Virus record (IMG/VR): IMGVR_UViG_2609459801_000011 | Direction: 5' to 3' (one strand) | Length of the DNA: 6,166 nucleotides | Origin: a virus | Lineage: Duplodnaviria > Heunggongvirae > Uroviricota > Caudoviricetes | Part shown: positions 1 to 6,166 of the stretch, in pieces | How the letters are laid out: the number at the start of each line of letters is the position of its first letter | Position numbering within the stretch: position 1 is the first letter of the stretch | Position numbers and translations under genes: made by a program | The notes under the pieces: model-generated | What the model was told of the DNA's origin: nothing | Database searches by the model: none | Seen by the model: the letters and a program-made list of their open reading frames with translations, nothing else

Positions 1-72
1 CATTTCCGCGCAGACGATGACGTCACTGCCCGGCTGTATGCGCGAGGTTACCGACTGCGGCCTGAGTTTTTT
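1..72 (-). CDS. insB: IS1 InsB (InsAB' transposase) N-terminal portion, partial; continues past the window start
   Basis: The reverse complement of 1-47 translates in the -1 frame relative to insA to ...[11 protein letters not shown], matching the start of the InsB frame. The A6C frameshift motif lies at 66-72. The 5' limit is approximate. Confidence 0.65.
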
Positions 73-323
73 AAGTGACGTAAAATCGTGTTGAGGCCAA
101 CGCCCATAATGCGGGCAGTTGCCCGGCATCCAACGCCATTCATGGCCATATCAATGATTTTCTGATGCGTACCGGGTTGAGAAGCGGTGTAAGTGAACTG
201 TAGCTGCCATGTTTTACGGCAGTGAGAGCAGAGATAGCGCTGATGTCCGGCAGTACTTTTACCGTTACGCACCACGCCTTCAGTAGCTGAACAGGAGGGA
301 CAGCTGATAGAAACAGAAGCCAC
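48..323 (-). CDS. insA: IS1 InsA, transposition inhibitor / DNA-binding protein (91 aa, GTG start)
   Basis: Full-length ORF in the six-frame track; the translation is near-identical to InsA as I recall it, including the Cys-rich zinc-finger-like N-terminus CPSC...CSHC and the C-terminal LKNSGRSR. Confidence 0.9.
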   Translation of the reverse strand: MASVSISCPSCSATEGVVRNGKSTAGHQRYLCSHCRKTWQLQFTYTASQPGTHQKIIDMAMNGVGCRATARIMGVGLNTILRHLKNSGRSR

Positions 324-378
324 TGGAGCACCTCAAAAACACCATCATACACTAAATCAGTAAGTTGGCACCATTACC

Positions 379-846
379 CTAGTGAACTTGCAAAACTGGA
401 AAAGCTAAAGAATCAGTATTCAAAGGAAGAATATAATAATCTTATCGCTCAAATAAATGAGCGTTATAAAGATCCAAAGCAACCAAAGGCGAAAGGTTAT
501 TCTGATGATGCAGCCCAACGAATGATTGATCATCTGAATCAACAGAATGCGTTACTAAGTTCACAAGCTGAGTTGACCGTTAAATTAAGTTCCTCTGAAC
601 AGGAACTGGTTAAGTGGCGTCAGCGGATTGCCGACCTAGAGTCACGACCATCATCGAAATTAACCCAGGATCAGAAATCGCTTCTCTTACACCGGGAAGA
701 AATAACCGCGTTGATGGAGAAAAATGTTGCGATTGAAAAGAATAACAGGCTAATCAAGGAATCCGCCGAAATAACAGCATGGCGTGATTCATTGCAGGCT
801 TCGATTGATAATCGTCAGCAGGGGTATGATATTCAGATTGCTGGTT
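379..846 (+). pseudogene. Internal fragment of a tail tape measure protein (lambda H-like), truncated at its 5' end by IS1 and joined at its 3' end to an I-gene remnant in another frame
   Basis: The reading frame is open from the first base after IS1 (379) to the stop at 941 (six-frame ORF 522-941 is its Met-started portion). The translation is coiled-coil-like (..SQAELTVKLSSSEQELVKWRQRIADLESR..LTQDQKSLLLHREEITALMEKN..) and resembles the central heptad region of lambda H (LQAELRTLEK...LSAQEKSLLAHKDETLEYKRQ) as recalled from memory. There is no start codon or RBS at the 5' end. Confidence 0.45.
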
Positions 847-1107
847 ATCCTGTTTTCTCTCGGTGCCAGTATGGTGCTCGGTGGTGTGGCGCAGATGCTG
901 GCACCGAAAGCCAGGACGCCCACGGCAGCAAGTACAGATAACGGCAAACAGAACACCTATTTTTCTTCACTGGATAATATGGTTGCCCAGGGCAATGTCC
1001 TGCCCGTTCTGTACGGTGAAATGCGTGTGGGGTCGCGCGTGGTTTCTCAGGAGATCAGCACGGCAGACGAAGGGGACGGTGGTCAGGTTGTGGTGATTGG
1101 TCGCTGA
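847..1107 (+). pseudogene. Tail assembly protein I, C-terminal remnant (about 85 codons, lacks the N-terminal two thirds)
   Basis: Frame-1 translation ILFSLGASMVLGGVAQMLAPKARTP...TDNGKQNTYFSSLDNMVAQGNVLPVLYGEMRVGSRVVSQEISTADEGDGGQVVVIGR* matches the C-terminus of lambda gpI. The upstream sequence is unrelated and in a different frame. The Mets at 784 and 826 are probably fortuitous. Confidence 0.75.
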
Positions 1108-1125
1108 TGCAAAATGTTTTATGTG

Positions 1126-1153
1126 AAACCGCCTCAGGGCGGTTTTGTCGTTT
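1126..1153 (+). terminator. Stem-loop between the I remnant and the J start (possible weak intrinsic terminator or RNA stability element)
   Basis: Perfect 8-bp inverted repeat AAACCGCC (1126-1133) / GGCGGTTT (1138-1145) with a 4-nt loop TCAG, followed by the T-rich but interrupted TGTCGTTT. Confidence 0.35.
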
Positions 1154-1167
1154 ATGGAGCGTGAGGA

Positions 1168-2979
1168 ATGGGTAAAGGCAGCAGTAAGGGGCATACCCCG
1201 CGCGAAGCGAAGGACAACCTGAAGTCCACGCAGCTGCTGAGTGTGATCGATGCCATCAGCGAAGGGCCGGTTGAAGGTCCGGTGGATGGATTAAAAAGCG
1301 TGCTGCTGAACAGTACACCGGTGCTGGACACTGAGGGGAATACCAACATCTCCGGTGTCACGGTGGTGTTCCGTGCCGGTGAGCAGGAGCAGACACCGCC
1401 GGAGGGGTTTGAATCCTCCGGCTCCGAGACGGTGCTGGGTACGGAAGTGAAATATGACACGCCGATCACCCGCACCATTACGTCTGCAAACATCGACCGT
1501 CTGCGCTTTACCTTCGGTGTACAGGCACTGGTGGAAACCACCTCAAAGGGTGACAGGAATCCGTCGGAAGTCCGTCTGCTGGTTCAGATACAACGTAACG
1601 GTGGCTGGGTGACGGAAAAAGACATCACCATTAAGGGCAAAACCACCTCGCAGTATCTGGCCTCGGTGGTGGTGGGTAACCTGCCGCCGCGCCCGTTCAA
1701 TATCCGGATGCGCAGGATGACGCCGGACAGCACCACAGACCAGCTGCAGAACAAAACGCTCTGGTCGTCATACACCGAAATCATCGATGTGAAACAGTGC
1801 TACCCGAACACGGCACTGGTCGGCGTGCAGGTGGATTCGGAGCAGTTCGGCAGCCAGCAGGTGAGCCGTAATTATCATCTGCGCGGGCGCATTCTGCAGG
1901 TGCCGTCGAACTATAACCCGCAGACGCGGCAATACAGCGGTATCTGGGACGGAACGTTTAAGCCAGCATACAGCAACAACATGGCCTGGTGTCTGTGGGA
2001 TATGCTGACCCATCCGCGCTACGGCATGGGGAAACGTCTTGGTGCGGCGGATGTGGACAAATGGGCGCTGTATGTCATCGGCCAGCATTGCGATCAGTCG
2101 GTGCCGGACGGTTTTGGCGGCACGGAGCCGCGCATCACCTGTAATGCGTACCTGACCACACAGCGCAAGGCGTGGGATGTGCTCAGTGATTTCTGCTCTG
2201 CGATGCGCTGTATGCCGGTATGGAACGGGCAGACGCTGACGTTCGTGCAGGACCGACCGTCGGATAAGGTGTGGACCTATAACCGCAGTAATGTGGTGAT
2301 GCCGGATGATGGTGCGCCGTTCCGCTACAGCTTCAGCGCCCTGAAGGACCGCCATAATGCCGTTGAGGTGAACTGGATTGACCCGAATAACGGCTGGGAG
2401 ACGGCGACAGAGCTTGTGGAGGACACGCAGGCCATTGCCCGTTACGGTCGTAACGTCACGAAGATGGATGCTTTTGGCTGTACCAGCCGGGGGCAGGCAC
2501 ACCGCGCCGGGCTGTGGCTGATTAAAACAGAACTGCTGGAAACGCAGACCGTGGACTTCAGCGTGGGTGCCGAAGGGCTTCGCCATGTACCGGGCGATGT
2601 CATTGAAATCTGCGATGATGACTATGCCGGTACCCGCTGGCATGAAGATTCCGTGCGTAACCGCTGGTTCAGCGTAATGGCGGGGCCGTCTGTGCGCGTG
2701 AATGAATGGTTCAGCGCGTATGCGATGGCGGGTGTGGCTTACAGCCGTGTGTCGACTTTCTCCGGGGATTATCTCCGCGTAATTGACAACAAGGGGAAAA
2801 CGCACGACGTGCTGACCGGAAGTGATGACGGTCGCCACAGCAACACGTCTCTGGCGTGGGGAGCTGGCGTGCAGTTTAACCCGACCGAATCCGTGGCCAT
2901 TGATATTGCTTATGAAGGCTCCGGCAGTGGTGACTGGCGCACTGACGGTTTCATCGTGGGTGTCGGTTATAAATTCTGA
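1168..2979 (+). CDS. Chimeric ORF: tail tip / host specificity protein J N-terminal ~488 aa fused in frame to the C-terminal ~115 aa of a Lom/Ail-family outer-membrane beta-barrel protein; probably a deletion-derived pseudogene
   Basis: AGGA 7-10 nt upstream of the ATG at 1168. The N-terminus MGKGSSKGHTPREAKDNLKSTQLLSVIDAISEGP... matches lambda J through ...EICDDDYAG (codon ending about 2631). From 2632 the translation switches to Lom-like sequence ending ...VAIDIAYEGSGSGDWRTDGFIVGVGYKF*, the characteristic Lom C-terminus. Lambda J is about 1130 aa, so roughly 640 J codons and the lom 5' half are missing. Confidence 0.85.
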   Translation: MGKGSSKGHTPREAKDNLKSTQLLSVIDAISEGPVEGPVDGLKSVLLNSTPVLDTEGNTNISGVTVVFRAGEQEQTPPEGFESSGSETVLGTEVKYDTPITRTITSANIDRLRFTFGVQALVETTSKGDRNPSEVRLLVQIQRNGGWVTEKDITIKGKTTSQYLASVVVGNLPPRPFNIRMRRMTPDSTTDQLQNKTLWSSYTEIIDVKQCYPNTALVGVQVDSEQFGSQQVSRNYHLRGRILQVPSNYNPQTRQYSGIWDGTFKPAYSNNMAWCLWDMLTHPRYGMGKRLGAADVDKWALYVIGQHCDQSVPDGFGGTEPRITCNAYLTTQRKAWDVLSDFCSAMRCMPVWNGQTLTFVQDRPSDKVWTYNRSNVVMPDDGAPFRYSFSALKDRHNAVEVNWIDPNNGWETATELVEDTQAIARYGRNVTKMDAFGCTSRGQAHRAGLWLIKTELLETQTVDFSVGAEGLRHVPGDVIEICDDDYAGTRWHEDSVRNRWFSVMAGPSVRVNEWFSAYAMAGVAYSRVSTFSGDYLRVIDNKGKTHDVLTGSDDGRHSNTSLAWGAGVQFNPTESVAIDIAYEGSGSGDWRTDGFIVGVGYKF

Positions 2980-3005
2980 TTAGCCAGGTAACACAGTGTT
3001 ATGAC

Positions 3006-3032
3006 AGCCCGCCGGTTCAGGCGGGCTTTTTT
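3006..3032 (+). terminator. Rho-independent terminator downstream of the J-lom chimera
   Basis: GC-rich 8-bp stem AGCCCGCC (3006-3013) / GGCGGGCT (3020-3027), 6-nt loop GGTTCA, then a run of six T (3027-3032). Confidence 0.7.
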
Positions 3033-3043
3033 GTGGGGTGAAT

Positions 3044-5923
3044 ATGGCAGTAAAGATTTCAGGTGTACTGAAAGACGGCACAGGAAAACCGGTACAGAAC
3101 TGCACAATCCAGCTGAAAGCAAAACGTAACAGCACCACGGTGGTGGTGAACACGCTGGCCTCAGAAAATCCGGATGAAGCCGGGCGTTACAGCATGGACG
3201 TTGAGTACGGTCAGTACAGCGTTATTCTGTTGGTGGAAGGATTCCCGCCGTCACATGCCGGGACCATCACCGTGTATGAAGATTCTCAACCCGGTACGCT
3301 GAATGATTTTCTCGGTGCCATGACGGAGGATGATGCCCGTCCGGAGGCACTGCGTCGTTTTGAACTGATGGTGGAAGAGGTGGCGCGTAACGCGTCCGTG
3401 GTGGCACAGAACACGGCAGCCGCAAAGAAGTCAGCCAGTGATGCCAGCACATCTGCCAGTGAGGCGGCAACCCGTGCGACTGATGCTGCAGATTCAGCAC
3501 GTGCAGCCAGCACGTCAGCCGGACAGGCCGCGTCGTCGGCTCAGTCAGCGACTTCCAGCGCAGGAACGGCATTAACAAAGGCCACTGAAGCATCAAAAAG
3601 TGCTGCCGCTGCAGAGTCCTCAAAAAGCGCGGCAGCTACCAGTGCCAGTGCCGCGAAAACGTCAGAAACGAATGCTGCAGCGTCACAACAATCAGCAGCC
3701 ACTTCTGCATCCACCGCGACTACGAAAGCGTCAGAAGCTGCCACCTCAGCCCGGGATGCGGCGGCTTCAAAAGAGGCGGCAAAATCATCAGAAACGAACG
3801 CATCCTCGAGCGCCAGTAGCGCAGCTTCCTCGGCAACAGCGGCAGGAAATTCCGCGAAGGCGGCAAAAACGTCCGAGACGAACGCTAAGTCTTCTGAAAC
3901 AGCAGCGGGACAGAGCGCCTCAGCTGCGGCAGGTTCAAAAACAGCGGCTGCGTCGTCTGCCAGTGCTGCGTCAACAAGTGCCGGGCAGGCCTCAGCCAGT
4001 GCCACCGCTGCCGGAAAATCGGCAGAAAGCGCCGCATCATCCGCTTCAACAGCCACAACGAAGGCTGGCGAAGCCACTGAGCAAGCCACTGCAGCAGCGA
4101 GGTCTGCTTCTGCAGCAAAAACCTCTGAAACAAATGCAAAGACTTCAGCAGACAATGCTGCTTCCTCTAAGGCGGCAGCCGCATCGTCCGCTGGTTCAGC
4201 GGCGTCATCGGCATCATCTGCGTCTGCTTCAAAAGATGAGGCGACCAGACAAGCGTCAGCAGCGAAAGGTAGTGCCACGACAGCAACAACGAAAGCATCA
4301 GAGGCGGCAGGCAGTGCGACGGCTGCATCTCAGAGCAAAGTTGCTGCTGAATCCGCGGCAACGCGTGCCGAAACAGCGGCAAAACGGGCAGAGGATATTG
4401 CTGATGCCGTATCTCTGGAAGATGCGAGTACGACGAAAAAAGGTGTGGTTCAGCTCAGTAGCGCCACTAACAGCCCGTCTGAAACGCTGGCTGCGACACC
4501 AAAAGCGGTTAAGGCGGTAATGGATGAAACGAACAAGAAAGCGCCCTTAAATAGTCCTGCACTGACCGGAACGCCAACAACGCCAACTGCGCCAAAAGGT
4601 ACTAATAATACTCAGATCGCAAGTACGGCTTATGTGATGGCCGCGATTGCCGCCCTTGTAGACTCGTCGCCTGACGCACTGAATACGCTGAACGAGTTAG
4701 CGGCGGCGCTGGGCAACGACCCGAATTTTGCGACCACCATGACTAACGCGCTTGCGGGTAAGCAACCGAAAGATGCCACCCTGACGGCGCTGGCCGGGCT
4801 TGCTACTGCGGCAGACAGGTTTCCGTATTTTACGGGGAATGATGTCGCCAGCCTGGCAACCCTGACAAAAGTCGGGCGGGATATTCTTGCGAAATCGACC
4901 GTTGCTGCCGTTATCGAATACCTCGGTTTACAGGAAACGGTAAACAGGGCCAGGAACGCCGTGCAAAAGAATGGCGATACCTTGTCCGGTGGGCTTACTT
5001 TTGAAAACGACTCAATCCTTGCCTGGATTAGAAATACTGACTGGGCAAAGATTGGTTTTAAAAATAATGCCGACAGCGACACTGATTCATACATGTGGTT
5101 TGAAACAGGCGACAACGGCAATGAATATTTCAAATGGAGAAGCCGCCAGAGCACCACAACAAAAGACCTGATGACTCTTAAATGGGATGCTTTGTCTGTC
5201 CTTGTTAAAGCCCTTTTCAGCAGTGAAGTAAAAATATCGACAGTCAATGCACTGAGGATATTTAATTCATCTTTTGGTGCTATTTTTCGTCGTTCTGAAG
5301 AATGCCTGCATATCATCCCTACACGAGAGAATGAGGGAGAAAATGGTGATATAGGGCCACTACGCCCCTTTACGCTTAATCTCAGAACTGGTCGGATAAG
5401 CATGGGGCATGGTCTTGATGTTACAGGGGATATATTTGCAAACCGTTTTGCAATTAACAGTAGTACCGGCATGTGGATTCATATGCGTGACCAGAATGTT
5501 ATTTTGGGACGCAATGCGGTATCCACCGATGGTGCGCAGGCATTACTTCGTCAGGACCACGCTGATCGCAAATTTATGATTGGTGGACTGGGGAATAAGC
5601 AATTTGGCATCTACATGATTAATAACTCAAGGACAGCCAATGGCACCGATGGTCAGGCGTACATGGACAACAATGGCAACTGGCTTTGCGGTGCGCAAGT
5701 TATTCCCGGCAATTATGGTAATTTTGACTCACGTTATGTGAGAGATGTCCGACTTGGTACACGTGTTGTTCAGACTATGCAAAAAGGCGTGATGTATGAG
5801 AAATCAGGTCATGCAATTACGGGGCTTGGCATTATCGGTGCAGTTGATGGCGATGATCCGGCAGTATTCAGACCAATACAAAAATACATCAATGGCACAT
5901 GGTATAACGTCGTACAGGTGTAA
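3044..5923 (+). CDS. stf: Side tail fibre protein Stf, apparently intact (959 aa from ATG 3044): lambda-like N-terminus, Ala/Ser/Thr-rich repeat shaft, different C-terminal receptor-binding-type domain
   Basis: MAVKISGVLKDGTGKPVQNCTIQLKAKRNSTTVVVN... matches the lambda Stf N-terminus as recalled. One uninterrupted ORF ends at TAA 5921-5923. The C-terminal part carries the GDTLSGGLTF motif common in tail fibre distal domains. GGGGTG lies upstream of the ATG. The six-frame track starts the ORF at GTG 3038, but ATG 3044 gives the conserved N-terminus. Confidence 0.9.
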   Translation: MAVKISGVLKDGTGKPVQNCTIQLKAKRNSTTVVVNTLASENPDEAGRYSMDVEYGQYSVILLVEGFPPSHAGTITVYEDSQPGTLNDFLGAMTEDDARPEALRRFELMVEEVARNASVVAQNTAAAKKSASDASTSASEAATRATDAADSARAASTSAGQAASSAQSATSSAGTALTKATEASKSAAAAESSKSAAATSASAAKTSETNAAASQQSAATSASTATTKASEAATSARDAAASKEAAKSSETNASSSASSAASSATAAGNSAKAAKTSETNAKSSETAAGQSASAAAGSKTAAASSASAASTSAGQASASATAAGKSAESAASSASTATTKAGEATEQATAAARSASAAKTSETNAKTSADNAASSKAAAASSAGSAASSASSASASKDEATRQASAAKGSATTATTKASEAAGSATAASQSKVAAESAATRAETAAKRAEDIADAVSLEDASTTKKGVVQLSSATNSPSETLAATPKAVKAVMDETNKKAPLNSPALTGTPTTPTAPKGTNNTQIASTAYVMAAIAALVDSSPDALNTLNELAAALGNDPNFATTMTNALAGKQPKDATLTALAGLATAADRFPYFTGNDVASLATLTKVGRDILAKSTVAAVIEYLGLQETVNRARNAVQKNGDTLSGGLTFENDSILAWIRNTDWAKIGFKNNADSDTDSYMWFETGDNGNEYFKWRSRQSTTTKDLMTLKWDALSVLVKALFSSEVKISTVNALRIFNSSFGAIFRRSEECLHIIPTRENEGENGDIGPLRPFTLNLRTGRISMGHGLDVTGDIFANRFAINSSTGMWIHMRDQNVILGRNAVSTDGAQALLRQDHADRKFMIGGLGNKQFGIYMINNSRTANGTDGQAYMDNNGNWLCGAQVIPGNYGNFDSRYVRDVRLGTRVVQTMQKGVMYEKSGHAITGLGIIGAVDGDDPAVFRPIQKYINGTWYNVVQV
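3400..4400. repeat. Intragenic imperfect repeats encoding the Ala/Ser/Thr-rich shaft of Stf
   Basis: Recurrent peptide motifs with matching nucleotide repeats: AAKTSETNA-like units at about 3649, 3775, 3860 and 4112; TATTKASEAA at about 3721 and 4270; AASTSAGQA at about 3505 and 3960. Codons are dominated by GCN/TCN/ACN. Confidence 0.7.
4911..4936. other. Candidate 26-bp DNA-invertase crossover site (gix/cix/hix-like) inside stf at the constant/variable junction
   Basis: TTATCGAATACCTCGGTTTACAGGAA differs at about 2 of 26 positions from the phage Mu gix site as I recall it (TTATCCAAAACCTCGGTTTACAGGAA) and keeps the conserved ACC-TC-GGTTT centre. It encodes ..VIEYLGLQE.., the point where similarity to lambda Stf ends. 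Confidence 0.55.
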
Positions 5924-5926
5924 TTT

Positions 5927-6166
5927 ATGCAGCATTTAAAAAATATTAAGTCTGGAAATCCAAAAACAAAAGAACAATATCAGCTAACAAAGAATTTTGA
6001 TGTTATCTGGTTATGGTCCGAAGACGGAAAAAACTGGTATGAGGAAGTGAAAAACTTTCAGCCAGACACAATAAAGATTGTTTACGATGCAAATAATATT
6101 ATTGTCGCCATCACCAAAGATGCCTCCACGCTTAACCCTGAAGGTTATAGCGTCGTTGAGGTTCCA
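5927..6166 (+). CDS. tfa: Tail fibre assembly protein Tfa, N-terminal 80 codons (partial, continues beyond the window end)
   Basis: ATG at 5927 lies 3 nt after the stf stop, with AGGTG 6-11 nt upstream. The frame is open to the window end ([41 protein letters not shown]...). Position directly after stf and resemblance to TfaR/TfaQ/TfaE-type proteins, from memory. Confidence 0.8.
   Translation, partial: MQHLKNIKSGNPKTKEQYQLTKNFDVIWLWSEDGKNWYEEVKNFQPDTIKIVYDANNIIVAITKDASTLNPEGYSVVEVP

Larger units (their letters stand above)
1..378 (-). mobile_element. IS1: IS1 insertion sequence, partial: left end with terminal inverted repeat, insA and start of insB; the element continues beyond the window start
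   Basis: Minus-strand ORF 48-323 translates to the canonical 91-aa InsA ([14 protein letters not shown]...LKNSGRSR). The reverse complement of 361-378 (GGTAATGGTGCCAACTTA) matches the IS1 terminal inverted repeat, and the outermost IS1 base is at 378. The insA-insB slippery heptamer AAAAAAC is the reverse complement of 66-72. Similarity recalled from memory, not database-checked. Confidence 0.9.

Noticed and set aside
140-352. 70-aa minus-strand ORF inside IS1
   Set aside because: Overlaps insA in a different frame within IS1 and is not a recognised IS1 gene product.
522-941. 139-aa ORF treated as a standalone gene
   Set aside because: The frame is open from the IS1 boundary at 379 and its 3' end runs into I-derived sequence in the wrong frame. 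It is a fusion remnant, not an intact gene.
863-1541. Small ORFs 863-1096 (+), 967-1194 (-), 1152-1541 (-) and 1584-1784 (-)
   Set aside because: They overlap the I remnant or the J N-terminal coding region in alternate frames or antisense, and have no homology signal or start context.
1768-2838. 356-aa ORF on the minus strand
   Set aside because: Lies entirely antisense to the J-homologous coding region. The translation is Arg/His-rich and low-complexity with no recognisable domain. Typical artefact of the complement of a GC-rich coding frame.
3038-3043. GTG at 3038 used as the stf start by the ORF track
   Set aside because: ATG at 3044 gives the conserved MAVKISG N-terminus of Stf proteins and has better spacing to the G-rich upstream stretch. 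The two extra codons are unlikely to be translated.
3541-4278. 245-aa minus-strand ORF (Ala/Asp/Glu-rich) and the overlapping 306-aa plus-strand alternate-frame ORF at 3600-4520 (Arg/Gln/Pro-rich)
   Set aside because: Both sit inside the Ala/Ser-rich repeat shaft of stf. Codons dominated by GCN/TCN give open frames in other registers. The stf frame is the one with lambda Stf similarity.
4971-5171. 66-aa plus-strand ORF
   Set aside because: Alternate frame inside stf.
4630-5472. 280-aa minus-strand ORF
   Set aside because: Antisense to the distal part of stf, with no RBS context or recognisable features. The stf frame continues uninterrupted here.
1-6166. A novel defence or other undescribed system, CRISPR array, tRNA or other RNA gene
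   Set aside because: No spacer-repeat periodicity and no tRNA-like structure noticed. Essentially all sequence is accounted for by IS1, the tail gene remnants, stf and tfa, which leaves no unexplained intergenic or coding space for a new system.

Overview
This window is the tail-fibre end of a decayed lambdoid (lambda/Rac-like) prophage, most likely enterobacterial (E. coli/Shigella-type), truncated on its left by an IS1 element. All similarity calls are from reading the translations against remembered protein sequences; no database search was run. Left to right: (1) the left end of IS1 on the minus strand (1-378) with complete insA and the start of insB; (2) a coiled-coil ORF fragment resembling an internal piece of a lambda H-like tape measure protein (379-~846), cut at its 5' end by IS1 and joined out of frame to (3) the C-terminal ~85 codons of a lambda I-like tail assembly gene (~847-1107); (4) a 603-aa ORF (1168-2979) whose first ~488 residues match the N-terminus of lambda tail tip protein J and whose last ~115 residues match the C-terminus of a Lom/Ail-family outer-membrane protein, i.e. 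an in-frame J-lom deletion chimera; (5) a strong rho-independent terminator (3006-3032); (6) an intact side tail fibre gene stf (3044-5923) with a lambda-like N-terminus, a long Ala/Ser/Thr-rich repeat shaft and a different, AT-richer C-terminal domain; (7) the first 80 codons of a tail fibre assembly gene tfa (5927-6166, runs off the window). The most notable single observation is a 26-bp sequence inside stf (4911-4936) that closely matches a Gin/Hin/Cin/Pin-family invertase crossover site and sits where the lambda-like part of Stf ends. I see no evidence of a new defence or other undescribed system here: the window is explained by known phage tail genes, deletions and IS1, and the long antisense or alternate-frame ORFs are composition artefacts.
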